Shown here one piece after another: positions 12,701 to 24,402 of a stretch of DNA of 64,000 nt. The number at the start of each line of letters is the position of its first letter. Within the stretch, counting starts at the first letter, position 1. The stretch comes from Rhynchopus sp. YZ270_cl-10 (Eukaryota). The notes beneath the pieces were generated by a model. It was not told the DNA's origin and searched no databases. It saw only the letters and a program-made list of their open reading frames with translations. The DNA lies in NCBI GenBank assembly GCA_964035575.1, contig OZ037841.1:1798001-1862000 (forward strand), read 5' to 3'. The position numbers were made by a program, and so were the translations under genes.

Positions 12701-13759
12701 TACGTATTGGTAGAGGTGGGACAGATTTTGGTTCTTGTTGCGATTTCTGCGATAAAGGTGAACACTTTCCCAGCCTGCGCCGCAAAGGCGTTTACCCTCT
12801 GCGCGTTTCTCGCAGTTCTCGGCATCATCGCTGTGCTGCAGAGACCTTTCATCGCCGCCTTCTTGAACCACATCGTCACTGCGATGTACCTCGTCTCTGC
12901 GGTAGGCATGGCGCTCTTTGGGTTTGTCTTCGCTTCTTCGCAGAACGACAGCCCTCTCTTGCTGTTTGCAGCGTTCCTTCTGTTTGGCGGTCTGCTGTGT
13001 TCTTTTATTCGTGGTGGTTACGATTGCATGACGTATACAATGGATCTTTTTAACTACAACATCAAACTGCGTCGTGAGAAGGAGACACAACACTTCGTTG
13101 AATGCGACTTTGCTAGCGACAACAAAAGCGACCCTTCCAACTACGACGTCAAAGTTGTTGAAATGCGTGACGCGTCGGAATATCTTAGTGACGGATCCGA
13201 GCCAGGCTCGCCACTGCAGCGTGCCGCATTTGGCCTTTCCTCTGGTAGGGGTTCAGGACGCCGTCTCCGTGGTGACTCAGCACTGCGCCGTTCATTTGGT
13301 CACATCTCAAACACTTCGTTGAGTCCACCGCAAAGGCGCAGTGGTTCGTTCATGCGTGTCTCCGAGCAGGGCACCAGCGAAAATGATGACGCGGAGAGTG
13401 ACATCGCCGCATCAGACTTTGAGTCCTCGCCTCGCCAGGCTGCGTTGCTGCCGCCGCCTACGCGAGGTGCGGGGTCACCTCTGAGCACGTTTTCCCCACA
13501 GCATGCAGTGTCGCCAGGTGGTAGAAGGAGTTTGTCGTTTACGCGTAGTGGGGGTGGAGGGGGAGGTGGAGGTAATGGGAGCCCGCACAGCCCCCACAGC
13601 CCCCATCTCAGCCCGCACAGTCCACACAGCCCGCATCTGACGCTCACAGGCAGCACCTCGCTCCCAAAGTCACGCTTGAATGACACAACGACAAGCCTGA
13701 ACAGAACAACCGGAGGGCTCAACAGTACCCGCTCCATTCGGACCAGGTATAGGCAGTGA
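9728..13759 (+). CDS. Surface protein: signal peptide, LamG/ConA-like domain, extensin-like Pro/Thr/Ser stalk, multi-pass (~7-8) TM domain, disordered Ser-rich tail
   Basis: ATG at 9728 with hydrophobic leader. RIVDFSNG...AKLWINN...NYIGHSPFAGDVNLDGTVTNF is LamG-like. Followed by TPSPP repeats and several hydrophobic helices. Confidence 0.85.
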   Translation: MVLVNHVLLFMCVVVLCVQSCSGSCASSFTIIKSFSDVSTHSDTAPLEFGASDFRIRMSVLINSYTFNGRIVDFSNGANTDNFIISQSGTTGQIMAQSYIGGVAQLAMLDPTPAPLGGSFILYLSVVYLSPTNATAKLWINNMLRVSADIPFPVRTTRSTNYIGHSPFAGDVNLDGTVTNFVMRECFTPYTDVPATRPPPTPTPPTPSPPTPAPQTPSPPTLSPPTPSPPTPAPVTPSPPTPSPPTPSPPTPAPPTLSPPTPSPPTPSPPTPAPQTPSPPTLSPPTPSPPTPSPPTPSPPTSAPPTPAPPTVVPLTLAPATLAPPTPAPLSPAPPTPSPPTLSPPTPSPPTPAPVTPSPPTPSPPTPSPPTPAPPTLSPPTPSPPTPSPPTPAPQTPSPPTLSPPTPSPPTPSPLSPSPATPAPPTLSPQTPSPPSPAPLSPSPPTPSPRTPSPPTPAPATPSPPTPAPVTPSPPTPSPPTPSPPTPAPPTLSPPTPSPPTPSPPTPAPQTPSPPTLSPPTPSPPTPSPLSPSPATPAPPTLSPQTPSPPSPAPLSPSPPTPSPRTPSPPTPAPATPSPPTPSPPTPAPLSPSPPTPFPPTASPPTPSPPTVSPLSPAPETLSPQTPASLTPSPATPSPPTSSPPTLSPETASPPTAAPKTGAPLSPSPLTLLPDTAVPDTEAPATLAPTTPAPATVSPTTRTPTATDVPSTPLPASTTPTQPSATTPLPDTAPPRSSTPTAAASTAPLLEAAETLAPPPSLPAPSVMSGGAKEVVYTMVKNAAGSLAVITASLECLDGGERVVELPWLLHPTGMHVLGSVRAGCIVGNIILMVMWVGGLFLATWLLAVHRGSGFSMSGSHWSSAASYFRFPSSCSLVPCFFIAGTFDSSVQLLAGDSESMGQTAVAWIGIVYAALLYAWLWSCCREKTFTSFIRKLEYDPARKSASVEYIFGKSIWTSRSANHTERMGVIFENYSYRTDVRFSWVTQNGRYVLVEVGQILVLVAISAIKVNTFPACAAKAFTLCAFLAVLGIIAVLQRPFIAAFLNHIVTAMYLVSAVGMALFGFVFASSQNDSPLLLFAAFLLFGGLLCSFIRGGYDCMTYTMDLFNYNIKLRREKETQHFVECDFASDNKSDPSNYDVKVVEMRDASEYLSDGSEPGSPLQRAAFGLSSGRGSGRRLRGDSALRRSFGHISNTSLSPPQRRSGSFMRVSEQGTSENDDAESDIAASDFESSPRQAALLPPPTRGAGSPLSTFSPQHAVSPGGRRSLSFTRSGGGGGGGGNGSPHSPHSPHLSPHSPHSPHLTLTGSTSLPKSRLNDTTTSLNRTTGGLNSTRSIRTRYRQ
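10313..11900 (+). repeat. Coding 15-bp (TPSPP) repeat with higher-order 360-bp-offset and 345-bp-offset duplications
   Basis: The line at 10381 recurs at 10741; 10761-11125 recurs at 11106-11470. Confidence 0.9.
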
Positions 13760-13790
13760 GTCGAAATTTGGTGATTTTTTTATTTTTGTA

Positions 13791-14038
13791 CCGACCCTCC
13801 CCCGTGAAATTGTCCCCCCCCAAAAACCGGTATTTTGCCCCGACGGACAATTTCAAGGGAGTCGCAGGGACAACCTTTGCTCCCCCTTCTTCACACCAAA
13901 ACGGCCACCCCCCTACAGTACGAGAAATTGTCCCCCCCTTTTTGCCGTACGTGATATTGTCCCCCCCTCACTTTTTCTCCCAGGGGGGACAATTTCAAGG
14001 GGGTCGGAGGGGGGGACAATTTCACGGGGGAGGGTCGG
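13791..14038. mobile_element. 248-bp MITE with ~29-bp TIRs and TA target duplication (Tc1/mariner-type)
   Basis: TA|CCGACCCTCCCCCGTGAAATTGTCCCCCC ... GGGGGGACAATTTCACGGGGGAGGGTCGG|TA, with internal copies of AAATTGTCCCC. Lies 31 bp after a stop codon. Confidence 0.85.
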
Positions 14039-14409
14039 TAAAAACGTATTTTTGCCAAGTCAAATGTGACTATTTGACGTTGATTTTTTTCTGTTGATCC
14101 TACTATTTTGCCTTCCCATGGGCTTCTTTCCCACCCCCTTTTTGGTGCCATGAGGTGCATACATTGTTCACATTTTTCTTTGTGATTGAAGTATTTTGTG
14201 TTTGTGTCGTCATATTTTGTGGTTACGTTCGGAATGTTGTTTTTGTGCCTACAGCAGCTGAGGTGTTCTGCACATTGACTACCATCCGGACCTTTTGTGC
14301 TTTGCATCGTGTAGAGCTCTCTTGTTGATGAGATGTCTTGTATTGCCTTAACTTCTCATTATTTGCCCCATATATATTTTTTTGAAAAACGTTTTTGATT
14401 CGAAGAACG

Positions 14410-14550
14410 TGTACCGCCCTCGTTCTCTTATAGTATGGCAAGTCATTAGGTTTCCTTTTTACATCTGCTGTCGTAGGCCGCAGGGTACTTCTGCTTTCAT
14501 CCGGATGGCTGGCATCGTGGGTCAGTCGGAGGTGCCTGCATCAACTACAG
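14410..14550 (+). repeat. Dispersed structured repeat (family A), flanked by ~32-bp direct repeats
   Basis: Homologous to ~44120-44230, ~47975-48230 and ~60680-60872. Flanks 14377-14409 and 14557-14588 are near-identical. Confidence 0.85.
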
Positions 14551-14842
14551 TTTTTTTTTTTTTGAGAAACGTTTCGATTCGAAGAACGGTCTCATTTTTA
14601 TGTGTGTGCACGAGAGAGGCACATCTTCTTTCAGCTCTTCCCCAAACCTCTTTTATTCTGTTCTGATAAAAACTCATTTTTTTTCCGTTAAAGTGACTGA
14701 GCTGTGAGGCTTAGGATCACACTGTACCCCTTTTTACGCAAAGCAAAGTCAGCTGTTCCCCGAGAGGTCATCTGTCTGACATTTTTTTTTACAACAAAAC
14801 AAAAAACGTTAGGAATCTACCAGGTAAAAAAACATCACGTAT

Positions 14843-16440
14843 CCTGGGGGGGTCCGTAAGTTTGTGTATTCGTGTGTAAAATTTCCGGCCCTTTTGGGTG
14901 AAAAAAAAAAAGGGTGAGGGGAGTTGGGTCCAGTCATAGGGGGTATAGCATATTTTTTGGAAAATTCTTCAAAAAAGCAAGGATTTTTGCTGAGCACAAT
15001 GAAATTTTCAGAAAAATCCCAATTTTCGGCCAAATTTGGAGCAAATTAGGGCCCACACACCCCGATTTTGGGTCAAAAACCGATTTCATTTTTGCTCAGG
15101 AGTGCCTACGATTCCGCAAACCAGAGGTCCTCTGGATGCATGCATTGATAAACACAACACTGGAAATTGCAAGGAACAGGTCTGCATGCGTGTTCTCTAG
15201 CCACTACAGCTACAGGGTATGCACAAAATGACCGTATTGTGGTTGAATTTTGACTTGCAAATGTTTATTCACGAACATGTATTTCTGAGGTTTTTTGGAT
15301 TCTTTGGGCCATTTTATGACTTCGGGTGCCTACCACGCCCGTTTTTGGGCAATAAAAATTTTTTTGTCTGGTCAAAAATCGCCTTGTACTTGTGAAAGGA
15401 ATTGCTAAGGAAATGTGAAATATGCGTGTTTTGGTACACAAAAGTGCGTTTTGGGTACTTCTGAAGGGTCAAAACACCAAAATTTTGCGTTTTTTTGCGT
15501 TTTTGGTCTCCCAAGGACCCACTATTTTGGGTGAATTTTTTTTTCACCTTTGCGAAAAAAAACTGAAAAATCACGGCTATAAGAACGCTAAGAAAAATCG
15601 ATATTCATTTTTTGGGCAGAAAAGTGCGTTTTAGGTGCCCACCGATGGTCAAAACATCAATTTTTTTTGTGTTTTTGGCATCTTTGGACACCCAAGGACC
15701 CATTATCGGGGTGATTTCTTTTTGCCTGAGATTTGCCTTTGCCAAAATCGAAAAAAAAAAAAAATTGTGGCGGAATTTGCTAAGGAAAAGCCGAAATTGT
15801 GGGCCCTGTAGTAATGCATAAGGTGCATAATGCATATGGTTTACCCCCAGATCGTCAAAACACCCGATTTTTGCGTTTTTTTGCACTTTTTGGTGCCCAA
15901 AAACCCAACTCAGGGGTCGAAATTTTCCCGAAAAAAAATTTTTTTTTTTTGAGATTTTTCGATTTTTTGATAAGGCGCTGGCCCATACAAAGTGCACTGG
16001 TGGTGCAGAAAATGGCTGGGGAATAAACTCTAGATGCTCAAAACAGCTCAATTCTTGCTTTTTTTGACTTTTTGGTCCCAGGAGGGTGCCTAGGGTGTAG
16101 TGAACAGGCCTCAAAAACACTTGTGAAAAAAAAATTTTGGGATTTTTTTTTTTTTGAGATTTTTGAAAAATCGGCCGATTTTGCGACCAATTTTGGCTGG
16201 GGAATTTCGACGACCAAAGGGTCCCCCCCTTTGGTTTTTTCCAAAAAATCGGGTATTTTTTGTGTGTACAATTGTACACCCGGTCTGCCGGTCTTTTTCG
16301 AGGGTGGGTAGGACCGGCCCTTATAGCCGGTAATCCTTAAGAGCCGGTCTTTTTACGGACCCTAAAGACCGGCTAAAGACCGGCTATACACACTAATTAC
16401 GTGTCTGGTCGTTGCCGGTCTATTTACGGATCCCCCCTGG
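14843..16440. mobile_element. Putative non-autonomous TIR element, internally repetitive, with a relative at ~39240-39800
   Basis: Imperfect 17-bp inverted ends (CCTGGGGGGGTCCGTAA / TTACGGATCCCCCCTGG). Long shared blocks with 39330-39730. No clear TSD. Confidence 0.5.
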
Positions 16441-19400
16441 TTTTTTTTTGTTAAAATAAAGTATTTCTCTTTCTTTGATGTGACTAAGCATGAGGCTTAT
16501 GTTTATCAGATAAGTTCTGCTTTATTTGCTCCCGAATGCGTGCAGTTGATTTTGAGAGAATTTTTTAGTAATTCCGTTAGCTCCAATCATGTGGACGACT
16601 GCAAAGCTGTGCCTTGCTCGATGGTTCTGAAGAATCTTAAGTCTGGTATATTGTCCCAAATCTCTCCAATGTGACGTGCTGTGAATCCGTGACTGTGGTT
16701 GTGGATAAGCAAAAGCGTCGTTTGGAATTTTTGTTGCGCGATCCCATTAAAGCTTCCTCTCAAAGCTCTGTACGAAATCTCGTAGTGAAAAAGAGTGTAC
16801 GGCACGCAGATTATGTGTAAGAACACATGCAATGCATAAAAGCAAAAGGTCAGTTTTTGCTTTGCATCCTCGGGTGCCTGCACAAAACAACCAAGCTTTT
16901 GAAAAACGTATTTTATGCATGAGTTGTGCGTTTGTAAATATAGAGTAACGAACGCCAGAATGAAGAAAAAAAATCCCCCTCCCAAGTATACTTGATGTAC
17001 AAATGTGAGCAGTTTTGCTATTTACTGCCGTCTATTTGCACGAAATCTTTCCTCTCTTTTTCAATATTTTATGTGGTATTTTTGTTGTGCTTTTTTTTGA
17101 TTTTTTTTGCACGGTTTTTTCGATGTGCTATTGAAATACTTTTGCGTATGTTTTCTTTTGGATAACGTCCCTGTACTTTCTCTTCTTTGATTTGAAAGTA
17201 TGAAACATTTTTTTTTTTTTTTTGCAACTTTTTCAGGGAAATAGCTTGGTTTTCCTCCAAAATCAGGAATTATGCGAAAACGAAATTTTTCCGCGGTCGA
17301 AAGCGGTCGTTGCGCTTCGCGCAAGCCTCACTGAGTGGAGAGGCGAAAGGTCAATTTGCGAGATAACCAAAAACGGAATGTAATCCCTTATTACAGAGCT
17401 TGGTCTTGCACCTTACGTTCCACTAACCGTATGGAAAAAAATAAATGGCGCCGCAGGCGAAAAAAAAAAAATAGGGTACGGTGTAAAAATGCTGGTTTAC
17501 AACCACACAGTCACTCAACAAACCCTTTTTTGCGGAGCAAAAAAGGAAAATGGCGCCGCAGGCAAAAAAAAATTAAGGGGTACGGCACATCTGCAAGCGC
17601 AGCGAGCGAAAATTTTAAGGTTCCATCATTCCAGTCATCTGGGAGATCTGGGGGTCCGCGGGCGAGGGCCCCCAAAAGTGCCCAAAAATCCCCTCTTTTT
17701 TTTTTTTTTTTTTTTTTTTTCCCCCAAAAAATCCAGAATTATGCGATGTCGCATAATTCGGTATATGGAGCTATTTCCCTGAACTTTTTGAAACCTTCAA
17801 GACTCTGCTGTGCCCAGGCTACAGTCGAGCATCTTTTTTTTTGGCCTCAAAGAGGGTTCCTCTTCACGGCCAGGTAGTCAAGTGGGAGCGTATTGCAGTA
17901 ATAAAAATATCACCACAGAATATTTATTACACACTTTACGCACACACAAATGAGACTACTTTCGCGTTTTTACAACTTTCCCCGTTTTTTAGTGTTTTTG
18001 CTACCGTGAAGGAGGGTGGGTACTCTTTCATCTCAGCCACAGTGCCGTCTGTAAGTACCCTCACTTTATTTGGTTGTATTTTTTTGATATTTGAAATCGT
18101 CATTTTGTTTTCCTTTTTCATTTTAACGGTGGCGATCTGTGTAGTGGTGTGTCTGGGTTAAAAGGGCACGGCAATGTGTAGTAATACTGTATTCAGCCCA
18201 CGTATTTTTTCTTTCCCCCTAAAAATTATGACTGCTATCCCATGATAGTAAAATCAAACAACACCTTTTTCCTTTTTCCTTTTGGTGTGTGTCTGTTGTA
18301 TGTGGCGCACACGGTCAATTTTTTTTTTTTGCGCTTTCAAAAAAGTTTTCAATTCAAGTAAAAAGTGAAATTGACTACGTCACTGACAACTCCAAGTTTC
18401 TTCAGAGATGACAAACTTATTGAAAGGGGTTGCAAAGGAGCATGCTCTGCCATATGAAATATTTTTTCTATTTTTTCTTCATTTTTTTTTTCCTTTGTGC
18501 GAGATTCTTTTTTTTTTTTTTTTGACTTCGCCCCTAGTTTTCTTTCCCCCATTTTTCTTCTTCTTTGAAAACAATCTTCAGTGTTCCAAAAAACAAACAT
18601 TGGAGCAGTGCAAACTAAGGTAGATTTTGGTATTTTCAGACCTCAAAGGGGAGTCTTTACCACTCCGATGTTTTTTGGAACACTGAAAAAAATACAATAC
18701 TTCCCCAACTCTTTGATTAAACCTGGTGCGGTCAGCAGTCAAGAACCCTGAGGAACTGGGTTGCTGACCACACCAAACCCCTTTTTTTAGATGTGTAAAT
18801 CAAGAAGTCAGGACTTTGTTTTGAGTCCTCTGTTTGACGAAGGCTTGCACGGAGCAGAGGGTCCATTCATGTGCGTCTTTAATTCCCTTCAAAGACGAGG
18901 CATTTTGGCTACCTTAAGAGAGTCATCGTTACTCCCGCCGAGTGTGAGAGTGCCGTCAAAAGCGAACTCTATACGAAAAGGCCTCTCGTCTCTCTGTGTT
19001 GCTTGACAGCCCCAACAACCCTGTTCTGTGCACTGCATTGGGGGGGGGTTTTGCGCTATCGACTTCACATGCACACCATGTTTTTTTTTTTAATCTTTTG
19101 TGATTCTCGTAATCACGCTGAGTGAGTGCTCAAGAAGTAAGCACCTACAACCAAAGTGTTATATCTCCTCATAGGGTAGTCCGAAGATGAGGTTTTTTGC
19201 ACGAAACATTTTTTTTTACGTAAACAACTTGTCAAGTGACAACATCTTTTAGTTGTCAGGATAAAAAGGATTGGAGGCAGCGCTTTTGGGAAAACAAAAC
19301 GGAAAACAAAAGCGTGCTTTGTGATTGTCTGTTATTCGCCCGGCTTTGAGCGCACAAACAAAGACTCGATCTTATTTTTTTCTTCCAAAATTTTGCCATT

Positions 19401-22400
19401 TTTTAAACGACGCAAATGATTAATTCATAGAGGAACTGATAGAAATGAAAAAGCTAACAGAACGAACAGCTTTTTTTATAAAAAATAAACTTTTTTTTAA
19501 ACAGAGTTGACTGTCAAATGGTAGCTACAATAAAACAGCAGATAATCCAAAAACAAGCCACCTTATGCAAAATTCGCCCTGACCTTTCAAAAAGGCAATC
19601 GCGTTGTTGCACAGAATGAATGTGTGTCTTCAGGTTTCAGATATCTGTTCACGTCTGTTGTTTCTAGAAAGCAAACCACTGTATAGGTTTTCCCGTCTTT
19701 CAACACTATCTTTACCATTTTTCATTTTTTTCTTTTCAATTTTAGCAATCTGAGCATCTTCGGTGTTGATTTCTACTTGTAACATACTTTATGTTCAAGA
19801 CTGTTTTGTGCACACTCCTCTCCTTTATCCACAAGCTCACATCTGGGTTGTGTGGAACAATGAGTGGGGAGTGTGCACAGCATATCAAAGAGCTCAACAG
19901 GTTAAGGTACTTTCTCTGTTCCCTCTGCATTTTTTGTGCAGTGCGGTTCGATTCGTCTTTCACGTATTCTTTATCCCCCAACTTAAATGCACAGGAGCTC
20001 TTTGCACAGAGCAACGGCTAAAATTACTGTTTTTCCAATTTACAATAAAAGAGGGTTTTGTGGCATTCTGCGTTCTGTTCTCCTTAAGAAAGTAGAGGGG
20101 AGCAAGCAGCTGTAGGGCTTCCTCCTACAGTGACTCAGCGAGCAGCAGCTAGCATTAGTGAGATCTCCAAATTCAAATTCAAATTCAAATTTAAACACAC
20201 TTTTTTCTGCGTTTTGCGTTTTGAGTACGACGGGCTGTTCTGCGATTAGAAAGTGTAATGTACTTTATATGCGTTCTCTGAACATCTCTCTTTCCTTCAC
20301 TCTCCGTGCCAGTAACTGGTTTGACAAAACCCCGCCTGTGGTGGGTGCTTGTCGATACAAAAGAAGTGCCCCCGCATTGAGGACAAAAATATTTGGACAA
20401 AACCACAATTTTTCCCTCACAACACAACCAATTTCAGCTCTTTCTATTTGATGTGTCTATAACCGCGAGGACACTTAGCACATCTTTTTTACGCTTCCCG
20501 ACACTGTTTTTTTTTTTTGTTTGTGTTCAATGACAGACGTAGATTCAATGAACGTAGCAGACATGACCAAATCAATGCGATTTTATTTTATTTTTGGGTA
20601 TTTTTTTCTTTCTTTTTTGTGTCAAACATTTGACGCACATCACGCACCTATGATGCGACTAAGGCCCTGCCCATCGGCTGTCTACGGCTAGTAGTTTACC
20701 GGATGTTTTCCCTCCTCGTTTTACTTCATCGATAATTATGTGCTTGCTTTCCCTTTGAGACACTATTTTTTAACGGAACCTCCGAGGCCATGGTACCTTG
20801 GGGTAAATCTTATAGCTTGTCTGGTGTGGATGTAAGAGACATTCATTCATCAGACAAGTTTCTTTCTTTTCTTTCCATTTTTTTCAAACAACCCGCTCGT
20901 TTTTCACAGAGGACATTGACGCGTTTTTTTTTTTCAATTCAAATATTCTGTTTTTATTTCCTCCTTGTTTTCCTCCTCTTTTTTCCTCTTATTCTTTTGT
21001 GTGTCTGTTCTCAAGTTGTGACCTGAGCACGGACAGGCTTAGGTTCATTTCTCTTTTCTTCTTTGGGTTGTTGTTTGGTTAATTCTCTACAGCAAACCCT
21101 AATGCTTTTGTGGATATGTTATAACTGACGAAAGGCAAAATACCGTGTACAGAAATAGGCTTGGGACTTACTAAATTTTGGGAAATTATCCGCCCCTTTT
21201 TCAGTACCTGCGTCCCAGAGGCGTTTGCACTATCAACTTCACTTTTTTGCCATTTCCCAACCCCTCGGTACAGGCCCAACCTATCTACCGTACATAGTAG
21301 CAACCACTGGACACATCACTGCGATGGGTGCTCTGGGAAGCCTTGTTCACAAACATAACACACAAAGCCTACTTCCCGCGACCTCCTTGTCTTCTCTTAG
21401 ACACCAAAGGTTTTTCACTAAAAACCAAAAAAGGTTGTGTTTTTTTTTTGCGTGACTCCTCTCCTCTCTGTACCTCCTTGTCTTCTTTTTAAGGTGCCCC
21501 AACGCAAGGCTTAGGTTCATCTTACAATTTTTGTTCGTGAGAGTCCATTTTTTCCGTGATAGTTTCAATACTACCTGCTTTACTTTTTATGTTTTTTTTT
21601 TTTTTTTCATTTTCAACCAACGCGTGTTCCAGACACTTCATGAGTCTCTGGGCGTTCGACCAGGGGTTATCCCGGGTTATCCCTTGACCATCACAAACTG
21701 GTCCTCTGTTGGGCTGCTTGTGCTATTATATTAAAGGTGGGTACCCCACCTCTCAACCTTTTTCTAAACGAAGGTGAAGTAAATGATTTGGCTTGTGGTT
21801 TTACTTATGGCACCACCGTTGGCTTACAACAGTGAAACCAACAAGTCAAGTCATTTACTTCATCGTCGTGTACAACGGACATCTTCAATTCTTGTCAATT
21901 CTTCAAAAATTCACCTTTTCCCCCCATTAATAGAGATGTGCTCTTCGTCAATGAAGTGCACACAAATATATATTTGTCCTTTTTTTCCTCAATGATTTCA
22001 ATTCTCCTGAATGCTACCACCATTTGTTTGGGTAAAATATGTGCCCTGGGCTTAGATGTTATACTAGGAATGCCGTGAAGGGGTAGGGGCCAGATTCCCC
22101 TAATATTAGAGCACAGAGCGAAGCATACGTTCTCACACTTCGGTGTCTCTTGAGGTTCATTTGCCTTGCCTGGCAGATCACATTTTTTTTAAAATCACCT
22201 CCCCCTCTTTCTCGGTACGTTATTTCCATTTTTTTTTGTCTTTCAATTTTTAATGGTTGGTGGTGCAGGGACGGTTGCCACTATGCCCCGGTAAAAGAAA
22301 CTGTTGTGCGAAGAGGGGTAATAGAAGTGACGTTGCTAACGGGAGATTGCCCCGCTGCTCTTTTTTTTTTCTTAATTTTTCAAATCAGCAGCGTTGTCTT

Positions 22401-22739
22401 TTATTCCCAAAGAGGCGGCCTAAGAACTAGAAATATCAAAGGAAAACAAAAAAATTGCCCCAAAAAGGAACAAAAAAACATCTGTGATTTGCTTTCCTTT
22501 TTTACCGTAAAGAGAAAGTATACCATTGAATTCAATTTTTTTAACGGGATAGTGGAAAAAGGTGCAAACCACTCTTGTTTCCATTTTTGACTTACACTAT
22601 TCTCTCTCTTTCCGTTCTCCTTTCTAACTCGTGTTTCCTATTTATCCTCGTATTTTCCTCATCTCTTTTTTTTTTTTTGTACTCAGGTAGCTACGTAGCC
22701 TTCAGGGAGGCAATCGTGTGCTAATACAGAAAGTATCAG

Positions 22740-23064
22740 TCAAGGCTGTCCTTACAGACGCATGCCAAAGCGGCCGCCACATGGGTGTGGACTTAAGATT
22801 GAAGTTTCATCATTGTACTAGCCCAGGGAGGGTTCCCGGCTACCGGCGAGGTCTCTTCCAATCCGTTCCCTAGTTTCCTAGGGGGGCCTCCTTGGCTTCA
22901 CTGGCTAGGGCTCTGCAGGTCCCTCCACACATGTTGTGTGCCTGCCTTCAGCACCCAGGGTAGCATACCCAGCACCTTTTACCCTCAGGTCAGACCTTCA
23001 TAGAGTTTCAGGAGGAGTGCCACAAAAGGGCCCCCGGATGCAATTTAACGTCCAGCCCAGGACG
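22740..23064 (-). repeat. Dispersed repeat (family B); second copy in opposite orientation at ~60071-60510
   Basis: The reverse complement of 22988-23064 matches 60071-60139 (GTCCTGGGCTGGACsTTAAATTGCAyCCGGGGG...GAAACTCTATGAAGGT), plus shorter shared words. Confidence 0.65.
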
Positions 23065-23163
23065 TGGTGACGAGGGTGAGGAGCTCTTTTTGAGTCACGC
23101 TTTTAAATGATGACCAAGGATAAGATGCCATGGTCAAGATGCTGTCTTTTGTACAGAGCATAT

Positions 23164-24316
23164 GGGTCGATTTCAAACCCCCCCCCCCCCCAAAAAGTTC
23201 TTTTTTGTCTTTTTCATGATATAGGCAGTTTTTTTGCAGTCTGAGGTCCGGAACCGCCCCAAAAACGATTTTCTGGGAGGTTTTGGGTGGTTTTGGGGCG
23301 AAATGGACCTTTTTTGACCATTTTTATGGTATTTTTAGGCTGTTTTTGGCCCTTCTTCTTACACAGCCTATTGGGGGTCAAAATAGCTATTTTTGACCAA
23401 AAAACACAATTTATTTGACGCCAGGAGGCCTCCGTTGGCCCAAATATATCCCAAAAATGGGCTGTGAGCCCAATCCGACCTGTTTTGGGCACATTTGGCA
23501 CTTTTCTTGGTGCTTATTTGATGTTTTTTGGTCAAAAATAGCTATTTTGACCCCCAATAGGCTGTGTAAGAAGAAGGGCCAAAAACAGCCTAAAAATACC
23601 ATAAAAATGGTCAAAAAAGGTCCATTTCGCCCCAAAACCACCCAAAACCTCCCAGAAAATCGTTTTTGGGGCGGTTCCGGACCTCAGACTGCAAAAAAAC
23701 TGCCTATATCATGAAAAAGACAAAAAAGAACTTTTGGGGGGGGGGGGGGGGGGTTTTGAAATCGACCCATATAGGCAGTTTTTTTGCAGTCTGAGGTCCG
23801 GAACCGCCCCAAAAACGATTTTCTGGGAGGTTTTGGGAGGTTTTGGGGCGAAATGGACCTTTTTTGACCATTTTTATGGTATTTTTAGGCTGTTTTTGGC
23901 CCTTCTTCTTACACAGCCTATTGGGGGTCAAAATAGCTATTTTTGACCAAAAAACACAATTTATTTGACGCCAGGAGGCCTCCGTTGGCCCAAATATATC
24001 CCAAAAATGGGCTGTGAGCCCAATCCGACCTGTTTTGGGCACATTTGGCACTTTTCTTGGTGCTTATTTGATGTTTTTTGGTCAAAAATAGCTATTTTGA
24101 CCCCCAATAGGCTGTGTAAGAAGAAGGGCCAAAAACAGCCTAAAAATACCATAAAAATGGTCAAAAAAGGTCCATTTCGCCCCAAAACCTCCCAAAACCT
24201 CCCAGAAAATCGTTTTTGGGGCGGTTCCGGACCTCAGACTGCAAAAAAACTGCCTATATCATGAAAAAGACAAAAAAGAACTTTTGGGGGGGGGGGGGGG
24301 GTTTTGAAATCGACCC
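23164..24316. mobile_element. Foldback MITE pair: one complete 605-bp copy (23164-23768, ~245-bp TIRs) fused to a 5'-truncated second copy; ATAT target duplication, GGG...CCC termini (Sola2-like)
   Basis: Arms 23164-23406 and 23522-23768 are reverse complements. 23219-23768 repeats at +550. ATAT at 23160-23163, 23769-23772 and 24317-24320. Confidence 0.85.
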
Positions 24317-24323
24317 ATATGAT

Positions 24324-24402
24324 TGGTGCTTTCGGAAGTCGGTCAACGACCTGTCGGCGACCTGTCGGCGACCTGTCAATATCGACCCCTCCCGGAGCAC
24401 CA
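24324..24402. mobile_element. 79-bp mini-element TGGTGCT...AGCACCA with 5-bp TSD ATGAT
   Basis: ATGAT at 24319-24323 and 24403-24407. Three internal CGACCTGTC units. Same ends as 61840-63230. Confidence 0.8.

Noticed and set aside
15605..17877. ORFs of 180-224 aa in AT-rich DNA
   Set aside because: Lys/Phe-rich translations of homopolymer-rich repeats.
18577..18687. 19-bp inverted repeat pair suggesting a hAT MITE (also 29492-29711)
   Set aside because: No matching target duplication and no second copy in the window.
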